From the NCBI GenBank assembly GCA_002269645.1, contig NIVC01003857.1:1-36174 (forward strand): a stretch of DNA of 36,174 nucleotides, given 5' to 3'. Position numbers and translations under genes: made by a program. Source of the DNA: Macrostomum lignano. Its lineage: Eukaryota. Of the stretch, positions 1 through 9,257 are shown one piece after another. The stretch's first letter is position 1, and each line of letters begins with the position of its first letter. The notes under the pieces are model-generated. The model was given only the letters and a program-made list of their open reading frames with translations, made no database searches and had not been told where the DNA came from.

Positions 1-1266
1 CACACGGAAGAGTTCGTGAAAAGTATTAAAAAAAATAAAAAACTATGATTTTATTTTTAAGCAATTTCAAGTTTCCATTTTTAAAGCTCGTAATAAAAAA
101 TTTAAAACAAATCTTTGCATGTATTAGGTTTCCACTATAAATAATATCAGCAAAAAAGCAAAAGTATTAACCAAATTATCAGCAAAAAATGTTATTTTAT
201 GCAATTTAAAAACAAAATAATTCATTGTTGTAAAATTTGTTGGCGTACACTGTCACTGGTGTACCAAAAATATTGTGAGAGATTTTAGTCTGGCATACAT
301 TCAGGGTGTTTGGAACTATGGCTGCCTAGGCCTAGCAATTTGCATTTCAAAAAAATAGGCCTACAAAGACAGAATTGTATATGCACTCCAAATTTTCCCT
401 AAAAAGTCATTTAACTTACATAAGAATTAGCCATTAGGGCCTACTAAAGGTCATTTAAATTGATTAGGCCTACTTAACTTAATAATTAATACCTCTTACC
501 CTTAAGTAAAGTAAGTAACTACATAATTTCGTGCACAAAAAAATTGATGCCTATTATTATTTTAACAAATATTTTCTAACAATAATTTTACAAAAAAAGA
601 AAGTTTCCACTTTCCACCCTCCATACCTTGAGCTGGGCTGGTCGCTGGATACCCCAAAAAATTGCATACACCCCGATCCCACCTTCCTGACTGAAGTTCC
701 TGAGTATGGACCTGTTACAACTTTTGGTGTCAGCAGTGGCCAGTGGGTATAGGATTTTTTAAAAACTGCAGGCAAAGTGCTATTAGTATACAACCTACAG
801 GCTAAACGTAGATCACGGCTAGTCGTCAGCTTTAGGAGTGAGAACGGCGGATTTGGAATGTATAAAGTGGAATTGAAATGAATCGAGGCTCGACCATGGA
901 TCTTTTGCAGCGTTCAAATCGGTGCTGAATTTCCGGCAGTCAAAATCAATTCAAACAAATTTAGAAGTGCAATAGGATTTCGATGGTAGCTGTGGTCGTG
1001 ACTGAAAGATTAAAGATGATGCCAAGCAGACAGGATTGCTTGTGAGCCGCTACAGAGAATTTAGTAATATGTAATAGATTCTTTAGAATATATAATATTA
1101 CTACTTTTGTGGGTCGTGCCACAACTCTTAGGTCTATTAGGTCTATTAGGTCACAATACGAGACTGAATTAGCGAGAATTAGCCAGAGAACTCTTCTTAA
1201 TTTCGATCGCTAAGGATCCGATACAAGGCCACTACTACATGTATGCTACTTTTTAGTCGTCCTGAT

Positions 1267-1641
1267 CAGGCGCTTTCGCCACCGCGGGGGGGACATGTCC
1301 CCCAGTAAAAGCTATGGGGGACATTCTAATGCTTTGTCCCCTCACTCCACCTTTTGACTCGCTGTGGTAATCAAAAATTTTTATTCAGGGCGCCAAAAAT
1401 AGCGCCTTCGGCGCCAAAAGGAGTGACTGTGGCGCCAAAAAGATCGTGGCTGCGGTGCTTAAAGGAATGCCTATGGCGCCACAATGAGTGCCTGCGGCGT
1501 TAAAGTGAATACCTGCAGTGCCAAAATGAGCGCTGACAACACGATTCTCAAAATAATGGAAATGTAGGAATTTAGTCATGTGCATGTTGATCGATTCTTG
1601 GCTTTAAGTCCCCCCCCATAAAATCAATGGCGACGCCCCTG
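1267..1641. mobile_element. Possible non-autonomous hAT-like MITE
   Basis: Imperfect inverted ends: CAGGCGCTTTCGCCA...GGGGGGGAC at 1267 versus GTCCCCCCC...TGGCGACGCCCCTG ending at 1641. Several internal GGCGCCAAAA-type repeats (1389-1480). No clear TSD. Confidence 0.4.
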
Positions 1642-1715
1642 TCGATAATACATTCCGCGTCCCAATGTCATGGAATTCATTTGGCGCATTTCTTTTAACA
1701 GCGCTTAATGGAAAC

Positions 1716-1954
1716 TGTTGTGTTGTGGTCTTTACAAGGAGTCTTTGCTCGCAACTTAACAGTTTTGTTTATTTCTTGGCTTTACCAGCCAGCTAATTTT
1801 GTCTTTTCGACATACTGCGTAAGCCATTCTTTTTAGGCGGTACTCGTACCATTATACAGTACAAAACGAAGTTCCCACTAGGCCATAGACCAAATTCTGC
1901 TGTGACTGATTCAAGAAAATATCATATAAATATAGAATAAATCGACCCACAACA
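1716..1954 (-). repeat. 3' LTR of the Gypsy element
   Basis: TGTTGTGG...CCACAACA inverted termini and adjacent PPT. About 50 bp at its left end is similar to 4636-4690. Confidence 0.8.
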
Positions 1955-2099
1955 CCTCCCCTCTTTGATAAAACTGTCCTTCGGAGACAAAACCGATAGT
2001 TTACTCACGGCTTCTGAGCGAGCCGAGTACTTTGTTATGGTGATACAGTTGCAGGCAATGGTGCGGGCTGCTCTTGCGTGCTCTGCTCCGTGCCGGGCA

Positions 2100-3010
2100 A
2101 CTCGGTCGGGCTGTCAATATAGTTTCAGGAGGATTTGCTGGAGGTTCTTGCACTGCGGAAGATTCTGCTTAAATTCCGTCTCCGACAGCCGCATCTTCCC
2201 CTGGGCCGTGCAACTGATCAAGGTGGACCTTTGTACTGCAGGGCTGCCCCGGAGGGGGACACAGCGGGAAGGCGCAGACGCCCATTCCGCTAAAAGGGCC
2301 TTTGTACTGTCCATTGGTTAACATGACCAGCGAGGTGTTTCTTCCGGTCAGAAAAACAATCTTGGCCAGATCTGCGGTGTTGCCCGCCATGTCGTCACCG
2401 AAGACCCACGTGTGGCCCGGTAGAACAGCAGAAACCGATCCAAATTTTGTTGACTCAGTCCAGTGGCCTCTTCGGACGAACCTTTATGCGAGCTCGTTGC
2501 TTTGAGGGTTGTATGGCGGTGTTGTACATGCTGGCAACCATATTAAACTCTTCAGCCAATTTTGGTTGTCTCGGCAGATACAAAACTGCGTCCATTGTCA
2601 GTCACCAGAGTCCTGGGAATTCAGATCTGTGAAAAGTTCGTCGTTACTAGGACACCGCTGTGGCTGATTCCACTTGTCGTTAGTCAGATGATGGACCTCT
2701 AGGTGGCGCTTGAGAAAAAATCTACCAGCACAAATAAGTACTGCCCATTGATTGGTCCCGCGAAGTCTGCATGTACGATCCCACGGCTCTGTAGTCTGTG
2801 TGGCCAGGAACTGAGGTGATTCCTGTTGCTTTATTTTACCATCTTGCACTCTGTCCAAAGCTGCAGGCCACCATGTATTAAAGGCTTAGTCCTTTCCATG
2901 CCCAGGTGCGTCGAATGAGCTTCCTCCATGATGGTTTGTCTCAACGCACGCGGTGGAACTACTCTCAAACCTCTAATCAACAGACCGTCTTCCATAGTGA
3001 GTTCGGTGGA
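2100..3010 (-). pseudogene. Gypsy integrase remnant
   Basis: GLRVVPPRALRQTIMEEAHSTHLGMERTK (HHCC zinc-finger region) and TTPPYNPQSNELA*RFVR (the PQSNGxAER motif with a stop at the catalytic Glu), spread over several frames. Confidence 0.88.
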
Positions 3011-3299
3011 CACCATCTTGTACGCCCGTAGATCCTGGTGGTTGAAATTACTAGCTTGAATCGCTTCTTGGAGTCGTTTTAACTCCGGACATTGCTCCGA
3101 CTGAATCCGCAACGTACTGCTCAATAGTTGAAGTCGGGGAGCCAGCTCAACACTGCCAACGCTGAATGTTTGCCCCTGTCCGGGTCCAAGAAGCCAAGAC
3201 AATGCATCGGAATTCATCAGGCCAGATCTCTTATAGAAGTCATATGTCATCAGGAGAATGGCCCAGCGCTGCAGCCGTGCTGATACTCGTGCCAGTAAC

Positions 3300-3975
3300 T
3301 CTTGGTCTGGCCGTAAGTGAGTGGACGATGGTCGGTTATCAAAGTGAATTGCCTCCCTGCCAAGAACCTGTGACACCTTTGCACTGCCCATAAAATTACA
3401 AGTGCCTCTCGCTCGATCTAGGAATATTTGCGTTCCGCTTCTGAGAGTAGCTTGCTCACGTATAGGACTGGACGATCTTCCTGCATGAAAACTCCACCGA
3501 TACCTTTCTGTGATGCGTCACATTCTAGCTCGTAGCATAGTGTGCTTTGCTGGGTCGAAATTGGCTAGGGCCGACTATTCCGTTAGCATGGCCTTCAATT
3601 TTCGATAAGCGGCGATAAGCGGATAAGCGGCGATAAGCGATAAGCGATAAGCGGCTGCAGCTCAGCTATGTCGGTTGGAGCGGACATCTCCCTGAGGCCT
3701 AGCACCTTCTCCGCATCCGGGCGGATCAGACCGTCATCCAGTACGAAGCCTAGGAATCGCACCTTTCGCTGAGAGATTTGGCATTTCTTTTCGTTAATTT
3801 TGAGATTGTGCTGCTGAAGTCTCGCTCTCACCAGCGCTTCCCGTTGTTTCAACTGCTCTTTAGTCTGACCGCCAATGAGTATGTCATCAATACAGGCTAC
3901 GGCTCCTTTAATTCCCTGTACGACCTGTGGGATTATCTTTGAAATATGCTGGGCGCTGTAGTGATACCTTTATAA
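3300..3975 (-). pseudogene. Gypsy RT C-terminal half and RNase H remnant
   Basis: GITTAPSIFQ...VACIDDILIGG (YxDD mutated to CIDD), LKINEKKCQISQRKVRFLG, and CDASQKGIGGVFMQEDRPVLYVSKLLSEAERKYS. The protease and N-terminal RT are missing. A (GATAAGCG)n insertion lies at about 3603-3655. Confidence 0.88.
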
Positions 3976-4024
3976 CGGCCGTGCTATCTCCTTTTGGTGT
4001 GCTCTTCATGATCTCCGTGGCTAT

Positions 4025-4613
4025 TCAGGCGTAATGAACCTCAGCCTTGGCAACCGCATCCTTGAAGGTAAAGCTATGATGGTCCTTGACCAAAAGCTTG
4101 CCTACGATCTGTTGATCCATCAGACAGCAGATGAGTTGGTCCCGCAGGCGCTCATCCTTATTATCGAATTTGCATTTCTCCGCTGACGGCAGAAGCACTG
4201 ACTCTCTACGTGTGCGCGAGTACACTGTTGGAACGTGTACCGTTCAGCCAATACGAAGGTTGCCGGTACCAACAGTTCCTTTAAGGCAGCCTCCAACACC
4301 GTAGCTGACAATTGACTCGGCTTTGTTGGAGCCACCCGATCGGCTACTCGGTCATACAGGGCCGGAGACAGTTTCATGAGCAGCATCTGCGACTTTGTCT
4401 CGTTATCCACGCGGTAAAATTTTGCCGCAACTTTAAAGTCATACATTATCCATCGGGTGAAATTATTTCCGACGTCCAGCTGCTCGATCTCCATGGAGTT
4501 TTAACTGGAGTCTTAACAACAGAGACTGCTGCCTTGGTCGACTGGCCAGCCGGTGGACCTGCCACTGCCTTTGCAGGGGAGCCCAGTGTTTGTTCGCCTT
4601 AATTGCTTGCTCA
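4025..4613 (-). pseudogene. Gypsy gag remnant
   Basis: LEAALKELLVPATFVLAERYTFQQC followed, after a frameshift, by AEKCKFDNKDERLRDQLICCL, typical of metazoan Gypsy gag. Confidence 0.8.
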
Positions 4614-4637
4614 TGCTGATTCTGCTTGCGACGACAC

Positions 4638-4813
4638 TGTTGTGTTGTGGACTTTACAAGGAGTCTTAGCTCCCAAGTTACCGTTTATTTGTTTCGAATA
4701 AACGGTAAAGTGCGAAAACCCCGCCCCATATATCCGATAGTATGTACATTGCTACGCATTACTAAACGTACACAATCACACTCACTTAGACAAGCAGCGT
4801 ACACTTCACAACG
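4638..4813 (-). repeat. 5' LTR-like segment of the Gypsy element
   Basis: Shares ACTGTTGTGTTGTGG(A/T)CTTTACAAGGAGTCTT with 1714-1745, ends in CACAAC(G), and abuts the gag leader. No clear TGG primer-binding site. Confidence 0.65.
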
Positions 4814-5271
4814 GGAAGCGTATCGCACCCGGAGCTGGGGCTCAGGCTCCGCCGGCCAAGCGGAAACCCGACCCAGAGCCTAATAAGGCAATCCGCGCTG
4901 CTGAGTCTGCCTCGCGCGGACGTAGACCCACCCGCAGTAGTCGGCTGTCCGGGCTAATTCAGCGCCCCCTCAATGAAGCTCAGTTCCTGAGAATTCACCT
5001 CGAGCGGCCTCGTGCCGCTCGTCAAACTGCTCAAAGCCAGCCAAAGGAACTGGACGACGACACGGCTTGACAACCCAACTGGTGGGATTGCCACCAGAAG
5101 GATGCTGCCGGCCGAGTTCAGACTCCCGACTGTTGCGCACAAGAAGAAGACAGCAGACGTACCCCAGTCGCTGGGGATGAAGGCAGTGCAGTGCGGTCAG
5201 GTGTCTCACCTGCCGCGGGCACCGCGTCCACCTTCGCGGCTGGGGAGGCGGCTAAGCCCGAGCCAAGGGAC

Positions 5272-6146
5272 ATCAGCTTTAATGGCTTTTTATCAGCTTG
5301 ATTGGCTTTTTATCAGCTTGATTGGCTTTTTATCAGCTTGATTGGCTTTTTATCAGCTTGAATGGCTTTTATCAGCTTGATTGGCTTTTTATCAGCTTGA
5401 TTGACCTTCTATCAGCTTGATTGGCTTTTTATCAGCTTGATTGGCTTTTTATCAGCTTGATTGACCTTCTATCAGCTTGATTGGCTTTTTATCAGCTTGA
5501 TTGACCTTCTATCAGCTTGATTGGCTTTTTATCAGCTTGATTGACCTTCTATCAGCTTGATTGGCTTTTTATCAGCTTGATTGACCTTCTTTTAGCTTGA
5601 TTGGCTGATTATCAGCTTGATTGGCCTTTTATCCGCTGGATTGACCTTCTATCAGCTTGATTGGCTTTTTATCAGCTTGATAGGCTTCTTATCAGCTTGA
5701 TTGGCTTTTTATCAGCTTGATTGGCTTTTTATCAGCTTGATTGGTCTTTTATCAGCTTGATTGGTTTTCTATCAGCTTGATTGGCTTTTTATCAGCTTGA
5801 TAGGCTTTTTATCAGCTTGATTGGCCTTTTATTAGCTTGATTGGCCTTTTATCAGCTTGATTGGCCTTCTATCAGCTTGATTGACCTTCTATCAGCTTGA
5901 TTGGCTTTTTATCAGCTTGATTGGCTAGTTTATCAGCTTGATTGGTCTTTTATCAGCTTGATTGGTTTTCTATCAGCTTGATTGGCTTTTTATCAGCTTG
6001 ATTGGCCTTTTATCAGCTTGATTGACCTTCTATCAGCTTGATTGGCTTTTATCAGCTTGATTGGCTTTTTATCAGCTTGATTGGCTAGTTTATCAGCTTG
6101 ATTGGCTTTTTATCAGCTTGATTGGCTTTTTATTAGCCTGATTGGC
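5272..6146. repeat. 20-bp minisatellite (ATTGGCTTTTTATCAGCTTG), about 43 copies
   Basis: Directly visible tandem array with variant units (ATTGACCTTCT..., ATTGGCTAGTTT...). Confidence 0.98.
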
Positions 6147-6351
6147 AATGGCCGATTGCAGTCATGTGGCAGTGGCTGCTACAGCGAATGAGGATTCCCA
6201 CTTGATTATTATTTTCAATGACAAAAGCATCATTCGGCCTGCTTCTTTAAATTCGCAGACAATAATTTGGCGTTTGCTGAACCCACGCTGCTAGTTTTGA
6301 GAGCTTCTTGCTCACTTCTTCAGTTCATTTGCACTTGTCGTTGTTTACTCT

Positions 6352-6372
6352 GTTTTCTCTCTCTCTCTCTCT
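6352..6372. repeat. Short (CT)n microsatellite
   Basis: Visible CT run. Confidence 0.85.
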
Positions 6373-6643
6373 GGCCAGTTCAATGTCGTTAGTCTCATCT
6401 CTCCCCCTCGCTTCCTTCTGATTGGCTCTTGGCGTGCGCCCTACTTATGTATAAATTTTTAATTCAAATTAAGTAGTCTTTCTTATTTTTCTCTACATGG
6501 CTCCCGAACAAAAAATTCCCTAACGTAAATAAATTAGTTAAAACAAAGGGCCATGCCATTGCAGCCGCCCACCAATTTTCTCGTCAAATCATCATCCCTT
6601 CATCTGGCATCTGGTTTCGGGTTTCGTTGCTCATCATAATGCC

Positions 6644-7104
6644 GCCGACCTCTCATGGCCTCCCGTCTGCTGGCCTCTCATGGCCTACCGTCTGCCGACC
6701 TCTCATGGCCTACCGTCTGCCGGCCTCTCATGGCCTCCCGTCTGCTGGCCTCTCATGGCCTACCGTCTGCCGACCTCTCATGGCCTACCGTCTGCCGGCC
6801 TCTCATGGCCTCCCGTCTGCTGGCCTCACATGGCCTACCGTCTGCTGGCCTCTCATGGCCTTCCGTCTGCTGGCCTCTCATGGCCTACCGCCTGCCGGCC
6901 TCTCATGGCCTCCCGTCTGCTGGCCTCTCATGGCCTACCGTCTGCCGACCTCTCATGGCCTACCGTCTGCCGGCCTCTCATGGCCTCCCGTCTGCTGGCC
7001 TCACATGGCCTACCGTCTGCTGGCCTCTCATGGCCTCCCGTCTGCCGGCCTCTTATGGCTTCCCGTCTGCCGGCCTCTTATGGCCTCCCGTCTGCCGGCC
7101 TCTC
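6644..7104. repeat. 25-bp GC-rich minisatellite (GGCCTCTCATGGCCT[C/A]CCGTCTGC[T/C]), about 18 copies
   Basis: Directly visible tandem array. It accounts for the three overlapping plus-strand ORFs starting at 6627, 6655 and 6680. Confidence 0.97.
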
Positions 7105-7562
7105 AACTCTTCGCTTGATGTCTCTTTACTCGGGCTGCCGGTCTCGTCTTCGGAGTCGGTGTCGGCGGTCAATCGCACCGGTCTCTTTCTCTCGTCAATT
7201 TTCGTCACTCGCTTCGTCACATCTGCTGCAGTTGTTGTTGTTGCCAAACACCTTTCATCCACGGCTAGGGGCCTCCTTCCTGGCCCCCACGGCGGGTGAC
7301 CTCTCCACCACTCCCAGTACTTCATAGCTTCTTCCGGTTGTTCACAGACCGCCCGAAGGCCGTTGCAACACCACACCCTCCTCCACCCAGCTGCTGAAGT
7401 CTGTGCGCTACACTAGAATATGAAGCTGTGACCACATATTTACACATATGAGGCTCTGCTGCAGCACTTTTAACAGCAAAACTTTCTGCGTCAGTGCGGC
7501 CCTTAGGAAGTATATATTGTTTGAGAGAACACGGACACTGCGGACAATGTTTAAAGATTGCG

Positions 7563-7568
7563 TTTATT
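7563..7568 (-). terminator. Candidate polyadenylation signal of the WSC gene
   Basis: AATAAA on the minus strand about 80 nt after the TGA at 7648-7650. Confidence 0.5.
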
Positions 7569-7647
7569 TGTTAATCAGAATCATCATGTTTTTCAATGAT
7601 GTGTCTTTAAAAGTTAGTTACTTCTCTGATAAATAATAAATCAGGCC

Positions 7648-7925
7648 TCATAAAAGCTGCTCGTACACTACCATCGAGTCAAAACCACCGCAGATCTGCT
7701 TTGGATTTCCCGGACACCTGTAATTACATTTTCTTAATGACAATTGCGTCCCCATTATTGAATCACCACAGTAGCAATATGTTCCACTTATTACTCCAAA
7801 GTAAGGAGCAGTAAAGACACTGCAGTCCTTTCGGCAGCTCTCGATTGTCATTGACTCGCTGGATGACATGAAGAGGCTTAGGCTATCCTGCTTTTTGGAA
7901 TTTAAGTAGCAACCGAGCAGTTTAA
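7648..7925 (-). CDS. Terminal WSC-domain exon (cassette 1)
   Basis: Acceptor TTTCAG|TT AAA CTG CTC GGT TGC TAC. Encodes KLLGCY...[10 protein letters not shown]...[14 protein letters not shown]...[15 protein letters not shown]...VYEQLL* with the WSC Cys pattern, and ends in a stop instead of a donor. Confidence 0.9.
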
Positions 7926-9167
7926 CTGAAATTTGTATGCAAACTAATTAAACATTAAGCGAACAACAAATTAACGAACTGCTCATGCTTAATCTCATGA
8001 ACAAGTAAAGTGGAAGGGCGCTAGTCACTTTGTCAGTTGTAGAAGGGGTCGGTGTACCCAAAGATGAAACAGTGCTCAATATTTATATCATTTTCGTGTT
8101 GAGGTTGATGGTATTGATTGTACATCTGAGTATATCTACTCAGACTCAGATACTCAGATAAACTCAGACGATCGAAAGCTCACTCAGCTGAGTCAGTCAA
8201 CTACGATACTACTCAGCGCTCCGTGCAGCCAAGTTCGTCGCTTGTCTGCCGGACTCGTGGAATCCAAGAGCATGTTGAGTGAGCCGCATTATTTCTTAGA
8301 GGGCTGGAGACTCGTACTGTATTGTGTCTGCCTGGGGACGGGTCGATCCCAACGATGACGCGATCTTCTGCTCAGAGTTCAAAGTGGGTCCGGCCAGAAG
8401 ACATTGGTTCAATTTAGGAGGGAGAGTGAGATCCGTTTCGGCCATTGTCCCCACACCAACCCCTTTACCAAACATTCAGAAGGTTAAATAAAGCGTTTGC
8501 ACTATAAATACTACGAAGGAAATTATAGCTACTCGTATATATTGGTGGATTGAGGATGAACTTACAGTTCGGGTGCTCTGCAACAAGAGACAGCAATTTA
8601 GTCACTTTAAAATTGAATACAGCAATACTTTACAGTGGCTTAAAACAAAAGCCGGCAAGTCAGTGCAGAATGCTGGCTCTCTTCCTTATTATCTCCGCTA
8701 GGTTAGAGACATATCTAAAGAAAGATAGCTTGGGGTCGAACGTGACACTCAGAATTTTTAGTGTAGCGCTGGCAGGAGTTGTGTGCCGTTGATGTACATG
8801 TAGACACGTAGTTGCCGCGAGTACCTGCTCTTTCCCGGGCTAAATAGGGTGGCGGTACATTTCGAGGTTGAAATCTGTAGTTTATGCGACTCGAGAGCAG
8901 AAAAAAGTTAGGCTAGGTATAGTCGTTGAGCTTTTCTTCGAGAGAAATGCTGTTTGGGGACGAGGCGGACGCGGTTGAGGTCATCCGCGTAGATGATCAG
9001 ATTGGTCTTCGGCGTTGCTGTGGCTCTTGCTGTCATTGATGTTGCTTGCTGTTGCTGTTGCTTTTCTTCAATATTACTAGCAAGGTTTGCCCCAGTTGGG
9101 AGACAACAAAACATGAAAAGTAAAGGTTTGACTCGGCATCTCAGCAACTTTCTCCTTAAGCAATGCC

Positions 9168-9257
<90 letters not shown>

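Larger units (their letters stand above)
1716..4813 (-). mobile_element. Degenerate, internally deleted Ty3/Gypsy LTR retrotransposon
   Basis: Minus-strand order gag, RT, RNase H, integrase (Gypsy order). Polypurine tract AAAGAGGGGAGG (1955-1966) directly precedes the TGTTGTGG start of the 3' LTR. LTR-like ends on both sides. Many stops and frameshifts. Confidence 0.92.

Noticed and set aside
1-800. AT-rich segment possibly from a non-autonomous DNA transposon
   Set aside because: No paired TIR or TSD can be identified inside the window.
6627-7327. Three long overlapping plus-strand ORFs (163-215 aa)
   Set aside because: The 25-bp unit lacks stop codons in all plus-strand frames, so the ORFs are a by-product of the minisatellite.
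8908-9171. YADD motif (LIIYADDL) suggesting a LINE reverse transcriptase
   Set aside because: No other RT motifs flank it, and the context is low-complexity (QQQQQ).
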